NCBI GenBank assembly: GCA_015478645.1
Contig: JADMIL010000003.1
Location: 1,543-65,542, forward strand
DNA length: 64,000 nucleotides
Direction: 5' to 3'
Source of the DNA: Candidatus Binataceae bacterium
Lineage (GTDB): Bacteria > Desulfobacterota > Binatia > Binatales > Binataceae
Shown here: piece after piece, positions 19,811 through 30,136 of the stretch
Layout: the number at the start of each line of letters is the position of its first letter
How positions within the stretch are numbered: position 1 is the stretch's first letter
Made by a program: the position numbers and the translations under genes
The notes under the pieces: generated by a model
Told to the model about the DNA's origin: nothing
Databases searched by the model: none
What the model saw: the letters and a program-made list of their open reading frames with translations, nothing else

Positions 19811-20704
19811 CTAAAACATCCGCGGCGCTTTCAACCCGGTGCCCAGGGTCTGCTTGAAGACCTTGAATAGATGGTCGATGTCCCACGGGCCGTTGTTGAA
19901 AATAACCCGGTCGGGCTCCAGATGCGTGTAGCGCGTGATCCGATAGCCCGACGCGCCGAAGCATTGGCCGGTCACGTCCTTGGCCTCGTCGCTCGACAGA
20001 TAGACGATAATCGGCGGGACGTTGGCCGGATCCATCGGCGTGCCGGCGGCGGCGTCGCTCTCGGCCGGAGCGCCGGCCAGCCGGCCGGCCGGAATCGTAT
20101 CGGTCATGCGGGTCGCCGCACCGGGCATGATCGCATTCACGGTGACGCCGTATTTATGCATCGCGAGCGCTGAGCTCCAGGTCAGCCCCAGGATCCCGGC
20201 CTTGGCCGCGGCGTAATTGGGCTGGCCCGGCGCCCCCTGCGCGGAGTTCGACGAGAAATTGATGATGCGGCCGAATTTGCGCTCGCGCATATGCGCCGTC
20301 GCCGGACGCATCGTGCAGAAATGGCCGCGCAGATGGACCCGCACTACGGCGTCCCACTCCTCGATCGTCATGTTGAAGATCATGCGGTCGCGCAGGATTC
20401 CGGCGACGTTGACCAGGATATCGAGCTGGCCGAAGTCCTTGATCGCCTGATTGACCAGGCTCTCGCCGCCCTCGGGCGTGGAAATATCCTGATGATTCGA
20501 GGACGCGGAGCCGCCCGCCGCCTTGAGCGCCTTGACCACCTCGTCGGCCGGCGAGACCGTCTCCTGCTGCCCGGCCACCGACACGCCGAGGTCGTTGACC
20601 ACCACCGCCGCACCCTGCGCCGAGAGCGCCTTGCAGACTTCGCGGCCGATCCCACGTCCGCCGCCCGTAACGGCGGCGACCTTGCCTTCCAGATGACGAC
20701 TCAT
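19811..20704 (-). CDS. SDR family oxidoreductase
   Basis: AAGGAGAG Shine-Dalgarno motif, then MSRHLEGKVAAVTGGGRGIGRE (TGxxxGxG). YxxxK in YAAAKAG. Confidence 0.85.
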   Translation of the reverse strand: MSRHLEGKVAAVTGGGRGIGREVCKALSAQGAAVVVNDLGVSVAGQQETVSPADEVVKALKAAGGSASSNHQDISTPEGGESLVNQAIKDFGQLDILVNVAGILRDRMIFNMTIEEWDAVVRVHLRGHFCTMRPATAHMRERKFGRIINFSSNSAQGAPGQPNYAAAKAGILGLTWSSALAMHKYGVTVNAIMPGAATRMTDTIPAGRLAGAPAESDAAAGTPMDPANVPPIIVYLSSDEAKDVTGQCFGASGYRITRYTHLEPDRVIFNNGPWDIDHLFKVFKQTLGTGLKAPRMF

Positions 20705-20829
20705 CGTGCGCTCTCTCCTTGCGGCCCGTGCGGTGCCGATCTTGAACCTGCGTGAATGTGTCCGCTTATAGCGCAAAACGCGGCTGGGGCAACAGCGGCG
20801 GCGTCCGCCGCCCGGCGGCGCGCTCGCGA

Positions 20830-21960
20830 TCAGTGCGGCGCAATCAGCAGTTCATGCTTGCGCGCGCCAGTCGCGTCCGCGGCGTCATTCGCCGGACTGG
20901 CGGAAAACTGCGTGAGCCGGCCGGCGAGCGTCAACCGGCCGATTCGGCCGTCGGGTTCGGTGAACCAGAGATTGTTGTCGGGGCCGCTCGAGATAAAGCT
21001 CGGATAGACATTGTCAGGCAGGAAAAAGGCGCTGGCCGCACCGTCGGGATCGATCTTGCAGACCGCGTGAGCCGCGGCGACGGTCACCCAGATATTGCCG
21101 TCCGGGCCGACCGCGAGACTCATCGGCAGCCCCGCCGCCGGCAGCTTGAACTCGGTCAGGTCGCCGTCGGGCGACATCCGTCCGACGCGCTGCGGTCCGA
21201 GTTCGGTGAACCACAGATTGCCGTCGGCGCCGGCGACAATATCGTTGGGCCGGGTGTCCGGATGAGGCAACTCGTACTCCTCGATACGTCCGGCGGGCGA
21301 CATGCGGTCGATCCGGTTGCCGGAATTTTCCGCGATGTAGAGATTACCGTCCGCACCGGCGGCTATACCGGCCGGCCCTCCCGCCTTGGGCAGCGCGAAC
21401 TCCGTCACCGTACCGAGCGGCGTGACCCGGCCGATCCGGTTTGAGGCATGCTCGGTGAACCACAGGTCGCCGCCCGGACCGGAAATGATCGTGGCGGGAC
21501 CGCTGTCGCCGTTGCGCAGCGGAATGAACGCCTGGGCGCCGCCCGGATCGAGCCGCCCGATCCGATTGCGCGCCGGGTCGGTGAACCAGATCGCCTCGTC
21601 GGGGCCGGCCGCCAGCCGCTCGGGCAATCCGCCGCTGGTGATCTCGAAGGTCGCAACTTCGCCCGCGGTCGAGATCCGCCCGATCCGGTTGGCGTGAAAT
21701 TCCGTAAACCAAAGGCTCGCGTCGAAGCCGCGGGTAATCGCAAACGGCGCCGGCATCGCCGCGGCGTTCGGCGCCTCAGCGCGCGGTGCGGGCGCAACCG
21801 GAATGGCCGGCGGGGCCATCGGCGGCAGCGCCAGCGGCTTCTGCCGCGCGCCGCATCCGGCGAGCACCACCGCGATCGCGATCGCAACGTGCGACCCGCG
21901 CCACCGTGATCGCAAGCGCACTCGCCGGCCGCCGAATCGACCACCCTGGTCCATGCTCAT
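20830..21960 (-). CDS. exported lipoprotein with Vgb-like (virginiamycin B lyase-type) beta-propeller repeats
   Basis: Lipobox AVVLAG-C after a charged N-region. About seven repeats of G(P/A)DGNLWFTE...NRIGR(I/V/L). Confidence 0.75.
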   Translation of the reverse strand: MSMDQGGRFGGRRVRLRSRWRGSHVAIAIAVVLAGCGARQKPLALPPMAPPAIPVAPAPRAEAPNAAAMPAPFAITRGFDASLWFTEFHANRIGRISTAGEVATFEITSGGLPERLAAGPDEAIWFTDPARNRIGRLDPGGAQAFIPLRNGDSGPATIISGPGGDLWFTEHASNRIGRVTPLGTVTEFALPKAGGPAGIAAGADGNLYIAENSGNRIDRMSPAGRIEEYELPHPDTRPNDIVAGADGNLWFTELGPQRVGRMSPDGDLTEFKLPAAGLPMSLAVGPDGNIWVTVAAAHAVCKIDPDGAASAFFLPDNVYPSFISSGPDNNLWFTEPDGRIGRLTLAGRLTQFSASPANDAADATGARKHELLIAPH

Positions 21961-21997
21961 TCCGATCACGCTGGCGAATTTCTCCTGCACATCTGCA

Positions 21998-22279
21998 TCA
22001 CGCGGGTGCTCTAAGCGATCCGGTCGAAGCCCTGCCCGATTGCGGATTTGCTTCCACCAGCGGCACGCCGGGCTGGACGGCACCGACCGTTCCCGCAGTC
22101 TTGCGATAGGTCGAAACAGCATTCTCGGGATCATCGATAGCAAACCAGTACGCGGCGGCAAATGCCAGCACGATCGCGACGAACCCACTTTCTGATGCGC
22201 CGGAGTAAAACAGGCAGTAATCCCAGCCGGCGGTGCGCACCTTCAAAACCTCGATCATCACCCGAAATTCAATCAGCAC
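21998..22279 (-). CDS. possible small membrane protein
   Basis: 93-aa ORF in a slightly lower-GC spacer, with one hydrophobic segment (GFVAIVLAFAAAYWFAI). No Shine-Dalgarno motif or family support. Confidence 0.3.
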   Translation of the reverse strand: MLIEFRVMIEVLKVRTAGWDYCLFYSGASESGFVAIVLAFAAAYWFAIDDPENAVSTYRKTAGTVGAVQPGVPLVEANPQSGRASTGSLRAPA

Positions 22280-22382
22280 CAGGCTCCATAGAACGAAGCT
22301 GATAACCTTCGGCGCAGCGAGCGCATGGCGCGAGGCGCGGCGGATTCAGGCGCGAGTTGTGCCAATCCCGGTCCCTTCCACG

Positions 22383-23714
22383 TCAGCCAGCATCGGCGGC
22401 ACCGAACGGCGGTGCCGGCAGCCCATCGCCGTCGCGCAGATAGAGATAGGCGGCGATATAGCTGAGGATCATCGTGGCGAAGCCGCCCTCGGCGACCACG
22501 TAGATTAGCGGCGGGCCGACTCGATTGATCATCATTTTGAACAGCGTCATCGAAAGCAGAATCGCCGTATAGGCCGCAACCATCGTCCAGACCGTCCGCG
22601 GACGCGCGCGCCCGAGACTCGCGGCGTGGGCGATCAGGAAAAACGGGATGAGCGTCAGGACCAGGTAATGGAGCCAGGCGACCGGCGAAACCGCAACCAT
22701 TGTGACGGTCCACAATGCGAAGCGGCGCCATTCGCGATCGTCGTCGCCGCGTCGACGGTTCGTGGCGAAAACGGTCAGCGCCAACACCCCTATCTGCGCC
22801 GTGCCGGCGACCGCGCGCCGCGCCAGATTCATCGCGGGGCTCAGATGCACGCCGAAGATCGCCCAAAAGACGCGCGAGACGCCCGGGCCTATCGCGACGT
22901 TGGCCGCGCCGCGCTGAAACACCAGCGGCAACGCGAACATCGTATGGCCGCCGACGATGGTCGCGACGAAGCTCAGCACGCGCGGCCATCCGACGAAGCC
23001 CAGCGTGATCGCTCCGCCGGCCGCGCCGGCCAGGATCGCGTAGCCGAGCGTGCGCCAGCGGCGCTCGATCACCAGGTAGCCGGCCATCACGATCGGATAG
23101 ACGCGCAGCAGCGCCGCCAGCGCGAGCATCAGCCCGGCCGCGCCGTCGCGCCCGCGCTCCATCCAGCGCTTCATCAGGATCATCATCAGGACGATCAGCA
23201 TCTGGCATTGCGTCAGGCGCAGCAGGTCGTCCATCGGACGATAGAGAATCGCCAGCGCGACCAATGCGATCAGCGACGAGCGATCGAGTCCGGTCGGACG
23301 GCCGGCCAGCAACCATAGCGACGCGACGATCGCGATCAGGTTCAGCGTGAACCACACGGCATACGCCGCCCCCGGCGTCAGCCAGGTCAGGGGCTCGAAA
23401 CAGAGCAGGTAGGTCGGCGTGTCGGCGGCGCGCGTGAGATCGGCGGTCTTGAGCCCGAGTCGGTCGCCAATCGGCACAAGGCTTTCGGTATATGGATTGT
23501 GCCCTTCGCGCATCGAGAGCGCCGAGGTGTAGTAGATGCTGAAATCCCAGGAGTGAGATCGATCGCGCAACTCAAGCACGGTATGCAGTGCGTAAATCAG
23601 CGTGGCGAAACAGAGCATCGCGACGACGATGCGCCGGCGTGGTGCGGCGGGCGCGGGCGCAGCGATGCTGGAATTGCCGTCCGGACGACGCGCGGAGTCA
23701 ATCCCGTCAGCCAT
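22383..23714 (-). CDS. polytopic membrane glycosyltransferase-like protein (GT87/DUF2029-like)
   Basis: GGGGGAGG upstream of ATG 23714. About 10 or more TM segments. N-terminal loop motif DFSIYYTSALSMREGHNPY resembles DUF2029/GT-C mannosyltransferases. Confidence 0.65.
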   Translation of the reverse strand: MADGIDSARRPDGNSSIAAPAPAAPRRRIVVAMLCFATLIYALHTVLELRDRSHSWDFSIYYTSALSMREGHNPYTESLVPIGDRLGLKTADLTRAADTPTYLLCFEPLTWLTPGAAYAVWFTLNLIAIVASLWLLAGRPTGLDRSSLIALVALAILYRPMDDLLRLTQCQMLIVLMMILMKRWMERGRDGAAGLMLALAALLRVYPIVMAGYLVIERRWRTLGYAILAGAAGGAITLGFVGWPRVLSFVATIVGGHTMFALPLVFQRGAANVAIGPGVSRVFWAIFGVHLSPAMNLARRAVAGTAQIGVLALTVFATNRRRGDDDREWRRFALWTVTMVAVSPVAWLHYLVLTLIPFFLIAHAASLGRARPRTVWTMVAAYTAILLSMTLFKMMINRVGPPLIYVVAEGGFATMILSYIAAYLYLRDGDGLPAPPFGAADAG

Positions 23715-23906
23715 CTGCCTCCCCCAACCGCCGCCGTCGCCGCCGCGGTCAACGCGCCGGCGCGTTTGCCGCCGAGAGTACCATCGCGCCGTGCGACAGA
23801 TAATCCCCCGCTCATCCGGGCGCGGCGGATGCGCCGCCATGAGAGCCGCGCTTGCTGCGCTACCTCGCCGCGAGTCGATCGATGGCGCGGCTGGGAGGCG
23901 TGCGAA

Positions 23907-25448
23907 TCAGAAGCGCCGATGGCGTATCGCGAGCGCGCGGATCGCCGCGATCCGCGCGGCACGGCCCGCATCGTCGGCCGGGCATTCAAGCGAGAACGGC
24001 AGCCGCCATTTCCAGTTGGTGTCGTTAACCGTGCCGGGCGTGTTGATCCGCGCGTCCCAGCCGAAGATATCCTGGACCGGCACGATCGTCAGGCGCGAGC
24101 CCGCGCCGTAAAGCGAATCGAGCGCGGCGTCGCGCGCGCCGTGGTCGAGCACCGCGGCGAGCGGATCGATCTTGCCCTCCAGGCGCAGTGATCTGACGAA
24201 CTCGAGCCGCTCGTCGCGATGCGCTTCACGCCACCATTCGCAGAGCGTCTCGGTGTCATGCGTGCCGGTGGTCGCGACCGAAAATTCGGCATAATTAACC
24301 GGATCGATAAACGGCTGGCGTGGCTCGTCCCATTTGCGCTCCCAGCGCATCACCTTGTAGCCGGGCAGGCCCAGCGTCTTGAGCGACCGGCGGACAAAAG
24401 GTGGAATCACGCCCAGGTCTTCGGCGATTAGTTCCATCGCGGCCGCTTCGCCCTGCGCGATACGCAAAATCTCCTCACCTTGTGCGAGTTGATCGCGCTC
24501 CGCCGCGGGGTCGAACGCGCCGGGCGCGTCGCGGTCCGCGCCAAAGCCGTAGGTGCGAAACAGTCCCACCAGATGGTCGATGCGCAGCAGGTCGTAAAGC
24601 GCGCGCGCATGCCGGATGCGCATGCGGATCAAGGCGAAGCCGCTCGCGCGCATCCGCTCCCAGTTCGGCATCGGCAGACCCCAGCGCTGGCCGGTGGCCG
24701 AAAACGCGTCGGGCGGTGCACCCACCGATCGGCCCAGATCGAACATCGCCTGATGCGACCAGACCTCGGCACTCTCGCAGCCGGGCGAAAACGCCAGATC
24801 GCCGCCCAGCAGCACGCCGCGATCGGCAAGCTGGGCGCGCACCTCGCGCCATTGGCGATGCGCGATGAACTGCACGTACGACCAGGTCGCAACCTCGTCG
24901 GCCAGGCCGCGCGCCGCCGCGGCGAGCGCGGCCGGCTCGTGAGAATCGAGGCCGTCGGGCCACGATCCCCACGGCGTCCATTGGAATTTGTCCTTGAGCG
25001 CGCGAAACAGCGCGTAGTCCGCGAGCCATTCGTGATTGTCGCGCACGAAGACCGCCAGGGCGTCGCGCTCGGCCGCGGGCCCGCGCGTGCGAAAGTAGCG
25101 ATACGACGTATGGAGCAATTCGCGCATCGCGGCATGCAGGCGGATCGGATCGGGCGGATCGCCCGGGCCGGCTTGCGCGCGCGCCCGCTCGATCGCGGCC
25201 GGCCCTACCCCGGCCAGGCCGCGCGCCGAAACGTACAGCGGATCGATCGCCATCACGCTCATCGCGCTGTAGGGACTGGTCTCGCCCGGCGCGGTTTCAT
25301 CGACCGGCAGAAGCTGGATCACCCGATGGCCCATTGCGATCGCGAAGTCCGCCATCGGTACGAGGGCGCGAATTTCGCCGCGCCCGAAGTCGTCGCGCGT
25401 GCGCAGCGAAAAGAGCGGAATCAGCACTCCGGCGGTGCGTCTAAGCAT
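23907..25448 (-). CDS. malQ: 4-alpha-glucanotransferase (amylomaltase, GH77)
   Basis: GVLIPLFSLRTRDDFGRGEI and QLLPVDETAPGETSPYSAMSVMAIDPLY, plus the C-terminal TGTHDTET motif. Start chosen at MLRRTAGVL; the longer ORF runs to 25619. Confidence 0.9.
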   Translation of the reverse strand: MLRRTAGVLIPLFSLRTRDDFGRGEIRALVPMADFAIAMGHRVIQLLPVDETAPGETSPYSAMSVMAIDPLYVSARGLAGVGPAAIERARAQAGPGDPPDPIRLHAAMRELLHTSYRYFRTRGPAAERDALAVFVRDNHEWLADYALFRALKDKFQWTPWGSWPDGLDSHEPAALAAAARGLADEVATWSYVQFIAHRQWREVRAQLADRGVLLGGDLAFSPGCESAEVWSHQAMFDLGRSVGAPPDAFSATGQRWGLPMPNWERMRASGFALIRMRIRHARALYDLLRIDHLVGLFRTYGFGADRDAPGAFDPAAERDQLAQGEEILRIAQGEAAAMELIAEDLGVIPPFVRRSLKTLGLPGYKVMRWERKWDEPRQPFIDPVNYAEFSVATTGTHDTETLCEWWREAHRDERLEFVRSLRLEGKIDPLAAVLDHGARDAALDSLYGAGSRLTIVPVQDIFGWDARINTPGTVNDTNWKWRLPFSLECPADDAGRAARIAAIRALAIRHRRF

Positions 25449-25661
25449 TGCGGATGCGGCGGCGGTCGGCGCGTGCGCCGCCCGCCTCACGCGGACGCGC
25501 ACACCCGCCACGGCCATCTCCCTGGGGCCAGTGTGATAGCCCGGATCGTAGCGAACCGCTCGCGGCGAGACCATCGCCATGCGCCGCGGCGTCAGATTGC
25601 GCGACGCGGGCGCCAGCATGCGAGATGGCAGGCGGCGCGGCGCAAGCGCTGCGCGATCGCG

Positions 25662-26423
25662 TCAGGCAGTAGTCCAGCCGCCGTTGGGACTGATCACCTG
25701 CCCAACCATGAAGTTGGCATCATCGGAAGCCAGATAGAGCGCCGCCGCCGCGATATCGTGCGGTTGGCCAAAACGCCCGAGCGGCGTGTTGCCGATTACC
25801 CATTGACGCGCCTCGGCTTCGAGCGGGGCGGTCATCGGCGTCTCGATAAAGCCCGGCGCGATCGCGTTGACCAGCACGCCGTGCTTGGCAACTTCGAGCG
25901 CGACCGACTTGGTAAAGCCGATAATGCCGGCCTTGGCCGCACAGTAGTTGGATACGAACGGCAGGCCCGCGGTGCCCGCGATCGATCCCTGGTTGATGAT
26001 GCGGCCGGCCTTCTTCGGGATCATCACGCGCAACGCTTCGCGCGTGCAGTAGAAGGTGGCATCGAGATGCGTCGCGATCATCTTGTGCCAGTCGTCGTCG
26101 GTCAGTTCGATCGTCGTGAACAGGTCGGTGGTGTCGCGGGTGCGGCCGATACCGGCGTTGTTGACCAGCACGTCGATCGTGCCGAAGGCGGCGAGAACCT
26201 CGGCAAACATCTTGCGCACCGCCGCACTGCTCGACACGTCGGCCACAAACGGCCGGGCGACGCCGCCGGCGCGTTCGATTTCGGTGGCGACGTTTTGCGC
26301 CGCCTCGGGCCGCACGTCGTTGACGCCGACCTTGGCGCCCTCGCGCGCAAACAGCAGGCCCATCTCGCGGCCGAGTCCCGAACCGCCGCCGGTAACCAGA
26401 ACGATCTTGTCTTTGAGTCTCAT
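25662..26423 (-). CDS. SDR oxidoreductase, FabG-like
   Basis: AAGGAAG Shine-Dalgarno motif, VLVTGGGSGLG, NNAGI, YCAAKAG. Confidence 0.9.
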   Translation of the reverse strand: MRLKDKIVLVTGGGSGLGREMGLLFAREGAKVGVNDVRPEAAQNVATEIERAGGVARPFVADVSSSAAVRKMFAEVLAAFGTIDVLVNNAGIGRTRDTTDLFTTIELTDDDWHKMIATHLDATFYCTREALRVMIPKKAGRIINQGSIAGTAGLPFVSNYCAAKAGIIGFTKSVALEVAKHGVLVNAIAPGFIETPMTAPLEAEARQWVIGNTPLGRFGQPHDIAAAALYLASDDANFMVGQVISPNGGWTTA

Positions 26424-26532
26424 CGATTTTCTTCCTTTGCCTGTCGCGCCTGCCGTGCTCCGCGCCGCGGACCGGGCGCTCGATCCGATGCTCCGCTGCG
26501 CAGCCCGCCGCCGCGCGGCCGCCGGCTGCGGA

Positions 26533-26937
26533 TTATTCGCCGGGTTTTTTGTCTTTGGCCTCTTTGAGCTGACGCTTCCAGTCGAGCCGCCGGGCTTCGG
26601 CGCCGGCCGCTTCGGCCTCCGCGATCATGCCCTTTTTCTGGTAGAACATGCTGAGGTTGGTGAACGCCAGGACGTCGTCGGGTTCGACCTCGACGTAGCG
26701 CCGGGTGACGGCAATCGCGGCGTCGAGGTCGTCGCGCTGCTGATGGCACATCGCGAGACCGGTGTAGGCATCGCCGTACTTCGGGTTAAGCTCAAGCGCC
26801 TTTTGGTAGAGCTCGATCGCCGCTTCGTAATTGCCGTCGGCATAGGCGTCGACCGCCTGGTCGCAGAGCTCTTCGGCCAGCCGTTCGGGTTCCTGGTTGT
26901 CGGGCACGCGGCCACCTCCCCGCGGATGCGCATTCAC
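26533..26937 (-). CDS. tetratricopeptide repeat protein
   Basis: TPR consensus stretches (YEAAIELYQKALELNPKYGDAYTGLAMCH...). Confidence 0.8.
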   Translation of the reverse strand: MNAHPRGGGRVPDNQEPERLAEELCDQAVDAYADGNYEAAIELYQKALELNPKYGDAYTGLAMCHQQRDDLDAAIAVTRRYVEVEPDDVLAFTNLSMFYQKKGMIAEAEAAGAEARRLDWKRQLKEAKDKKPGE

Positions 26938-27060
26938 GGGCGGCGCGAAGATCCGCGCCGCGGTTCACGCCTCCGCCACCTTTCTATATACTAGAGCCGC
27001 GCGACAGGGAGAAATTCGCCGGCCGCCGCCCGCCGCGGCCGCATGCGATCGCGCCTCGTG

Positions 27061-27363
27061 ATGATCACCGAAGAAGAAGTCTATGAAGTTCTGCGCGAAT
27101 GCTATGACCCGGAAATTCCGGTCAACTTGGTCGACCTCGGCCTGATCTATGGCGTGGTGCTCGACGGCGCGGCGGTCACCGTGCGGATGACGCTGACCGC
27201 GCCGGGCTGCTCGATGGGTGTGATGATCGCGACCGAGATCGAGGACAAGCTGCTCGGCTTGCCCGATTGCGAGCGCGCCAACGTCGAGATCGTCTGGGAG
27301 CCGCCCTGGACGCCCCATCGGATGAGCGACAGCGCGCGCAAACAGCTCGGTCTCGACGACTAG
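27061..27363 (+). CDS. DUF59/MIP18-family iron-sulfur cluster assembly protein (SufT/PaaD-like)
   Basis: [24 protein letters not shown] ... [10 protein letters not shown] is the typical DUF59 signature. Confidence 0.8.
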   Translation: MITEEEVYEVLRECYDPEIPVNLVDLGLIYGVVLDGAAVTVRMTLTAPGCSMGVMIATEIEDKLLGLPDCERANVEIVWEPPWTPHRMSDSARKQLGLDD

Positions 27364-27383
27364 GCCGGCCGCGTCCGCCCCGC

Positions 27384-28997
27384 TCACGGATCGAACAACA
27401 CGCCCGGATTGAGGATCGCCCGCGGATCGAGTGCGCGCTTGGCCGCCTTGAGCGCCGCGGCGAAACCGTCGGGACGCTGGCGATCGTACCAGGGGCGATG
27501 GTCGCGGCCGACCGAATGATGATGCGTGATGGTGCCGCCGAGGTTGATCAGCTCATCCGAAACCACCTGCTTGATCTCGTCCCATTGCTCGAGCTCGGAG
27601 CCGCGTTTGCCGGGCGCGAGAATCGTGTAGTACGGCGCCGGTCCGTCGGGATAGGCGTGCGTGAAGCGCACCGTCACGGTGCCCTGCCCGCACACGCGCA
27701 TCACCGCATCGCGTGCGACGGCCATCAGGCGCGCGTTGAACTCGTCGAAGCGATCCCAGGTGGTGGCGGTCTCAAAGGTCTCGCTCACCATGCCCATCGC
27801 GACCACCGCGTCGCGCAGGTAGGGCGCATTGAGAAACGCGTTGCGCCAGGCGCCGGCGGCGCCTTCGTGGGTCGCCGCCGCGTCGGTGCGGGTGGCGGCG
27901 GCGTCGGGCGGAATCACGCCGCCGAAGTCGGCGCAACATTCGAGCGCACGTTTCATCCAGGGCTCCAGCGGATGGTCGGCCGACTCGAAGGCCAGCACCA
28001 GGACCGCCGCCTCGCCCTGATTGGCGCCGGCGTTGGCGGCCTCGCCCGCGTCGAGCAGGCGGCAGTTGGCGGGATAGAGGCCGGCCTGCGCGATCGCGCG
28101 GACGGCGCGTGCGCCGGCGGCGAAGTCGGCGAAGGCGACCGAAGCGCCGGCGCGAAAGGTCGGCCGATCCTGCAGGCGCATCCAGGCTTCCGTGATAATT
28201 CCGAGCGTCCCTTCCGAACCGATAAACAGGCGGTCAGGACTCGGCCCGGCGCCCGAGCCGGGCAGCCGGCGCGACTCGATGAGGCCGCTCGGCGTGACCA
28301 CGCGGAGCGCTTCGACGAAGTCGTCGATATGGGTATAGAGCGTCGCGAAATGGCCGCCCGACCGCGTCGCGATCCATCCGCCGAGCGACGAAAATTCAAA
28401 CGACTGCGGATAGTGGCGCAAGGTGTAGCCGTGCGGGCGCAACTGATCCTCGAGCGCCGGGCCGAGCACGCCGCCCTGGATGCGCGCCGCGCGCGAGACC
28501 TGGTCGACTTCAAGCACGCGATCGAGCCGGCCGAGATCGATCGACACCGCGCCGCGATAGTCGCCGCCGTAAGGCGGTTCGACGCCACCCGTCACGCTCG
28601 AGCCGCCGCCGTAAGGCGACGCCGCGATCCGCTCGGCGTCGCACCATTCGAGCACGCGGATCAGCTCGGGCTCGTCGCGCGGAAAGGCGACCAGATCGAA
28701 CGGATTGGGAAAGTCGCGGCGAAACGCGCGCACGATATCGCGATAGCTTTTGCCGTAGCTGTGATTGGCGCGATCGAAGACCGTCGACGAGCAGATCGGC
28801 GCGAGCGCGGCGGGCGGCTTGATACGCGGCGTGCGCAGGTTAAGTTCGGCTTCGGTGGGCGCCGGCGTGAGCGTCAAATCGGCGCGGCCAAAGCGCTTGG
28901 CCATGCGCTCGGCCATACGCTGTTTCTGCTCCGCATTGGGCCCCTGATCCTCGTAACCCCAGCCCCAGAATTTGCGTCTCCGCTCAGCCATCGCCAT
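27384..28997 (-). CDS. FAD-linked oxidase (alkyl-DHAP synthase/GlcD-like)
   Basis: GAAGGAG Shine-Dalgarno motif. N-terminus [12 protein letters not shown] is typical of alkyldihydroxyacetonephosphate-synthase-like proteins, followed by an FAD-binding PCMH-type region. Confidence 0.85.
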   Translation of the reverse strand: MAMAERRRKFWGWGYEDQGPNAEQKQRMAERMAKRFGRADLTLTPAPTEAELNLRTPRIKPPAALAPICSSTVFDRANHSYGKSYRDIVRAFRRDFPNPFDLVAFPRDEPELIRVLEWCDAERIAASPYGGGSSVTGGVEPPYGGDYRGAVSIDLGRLDRVLEVDQVSRAARIQGGVLGPALEDQLRPHGYTLRHYPQSFEFSSLGGWIATRSGGHFATLYTHIDDFVEALRVVTPSGLIESRRLPGSGAGPSPDRLFIGSEGTLGIITEAWMRLQDRPTFRAGASVAFADFAAGARAVRAIAQAGLYPANCRLLDAGEAANAGANQGEAAVLVLAFESADHPLEPWMKRALECCADFGGVIPPDAAATRTDAAATHEGAAGAWRNAFLNAPYLRDAVVAMGMVSETFETATTWDRFDEFNARLMAVARDAVMRVCGQGTVTVRFTHAYPDGPAPYYTILAPGKRGSELEQWDEIKQVVSDELINLGGTITHHHSVGRDHRPWYDRQRPDGFAAALKAAKRALDPRAILNPGVLFDP

Positions 28998-29174
28998 CGC
29001 TCCTTCGCTGCCCGTCGCGGCGGCCGGCGCGTTCGCCGCGATCCGGCCATCGACGCAATTCTGCTCCCGTCGCGCCGCCCGCGGCAAGACGGACGCACCG
29101 GCCGCGCGCGGTTCTTGCCCGCACGCGCGCGACGCCGTATCTCTGATGGGTCAGCGTCCCCAGGAGATGTAAGC

Positions 29175-30056
29175 ATGAGCGAAGCGAATATTTCCGCCGC
29201 CGATCCGCATCCGCGCAAACGAATCAGCATAGGCGGCGTCGCGATGTCCTACGCCGACACCGGCAGCGGCGATCCGATCGTCTTCCTCCACGGCAATCCG
29301 ACTTCGTCGTATCTGTGGCGCAACGTCATTGCGCATCTGGCGGGGATCGGCCGATGCCTGGCGCCCGACCTGGTCGGGATGGGCGCGTCGGGGCGCACGC
29401 CCGACGGTTCGTATCGCTTCGTCGATCACGCGCGCTATCTCGACGGCTGGTTCGACGCGCTCGGCCTCAGCGGCAAGGTCACGCTGATCGTCCACGACTG
29501 GGGCTCGGCGCTCGGCTTTCACTGGGCCAATCGCCATCGCGCGAGCGTCAAGGGTATCGCGTACATGGAGGCGATCGTGCGGCCGGTGACGCTCGCCGAA
29601 TGGCCCGATGCCGCGCGCAACATCTTCCTCGCGATGCGCGGTCCGGCGGGCGACGAGATGGTCCTGCGCAAGAACGTCTTCATCGAGCGGATCCTGCCCG
29701 GCAGCGTGATGCGCAAGCTGACCGAAGCCGAGATGGCGGTCTATCGCCAGCCCTATCTCGAGCCGGGCGAAGCGCGCCGCCCGACGCTCACCTGGCCGCG
29801 CCAGATTCCGATCGACGGCACGCCCGCCGACGTGACCGCGATCGTCAACGATTACGCCGCGTGGCTCGCCGCCAGTCCGATGCCGAAACTGTTCGTCAAC
29901 GCCGATCCGGGCGCGATCCTGATCGGCCCGCAGCGCGAGTTCTGCCGCGGATGGCCCAATCAGCGCGAAGTGACCGTGGCCGGCGCGCATTTTATCCAGG
30001 AAGATTCGCCGCACGCGATTGGCGCGGCGATCGCCGATTGGTATCGATTGCTTTAG
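29175..30056 (+). CDS. haloalkane dehalogenase (HLD-II type)
   Basis: AGGAG Shine-Dalgarno motif. [12 protein letters not shown], nucleophile [22 protein letters not shown]. Confidence 0.9.
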   Translation: MSEANISAADPHPRKRISIGGVAMSYADTGSGDPIVFLHGNPTSSYLWRNVIAHLAGIGRCLAPDLVGMGASGRTPDGSYRFVDHARYLDGWFDALGLSGKVTLIVHDWGSALGFHWANRHRASVKGIAYMEAIVRPVTLAEWPDAARNIFLAMRGPAGDEMVLRKNVFIERILPGSVMRKLTEAEMAVYRQPYLEPGEARRPTLTWPRQIPIDGTPADVTAIVNDYAAWLAASPMPKLFVNADPGAILIGPQREFCRGWPNQREVTVAGAHFIQEDSPHAIGAAIADWYRLL

Positions 30057-30075
30057 GCGCGCGGCACGGCTGTAA

Positions 30076-30136
30076 ATCGAAAGTATAACATTAGATTTTC
30101 GAGCAGATCGAGTATAACTTGTGGAGCAGATCGATC
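30076..30136 (+). promoter_or_regulatory. AT-rich imperfect direct repeats upstream of the crotonase gene
   Basis: ATCGAaAGTATAAC (30076-30089). GAGCAGATCGAGTATAAC (30101-30118). GAGCAGATCGA again at 30124-30134. Confidence 0.3.

Noticed and set aside
27267-29174. N-terminal 636 codons of the 929-aa ORF that ends as the haloalkane dehalogenase
   Set aside because: This upstream part is antisense to a well-supported FAD oxidase and is Arg-rich. The dehalogenase homology, together with an AGGAG Shine-Dalgarno motif, begins only at the ATG at 29175.
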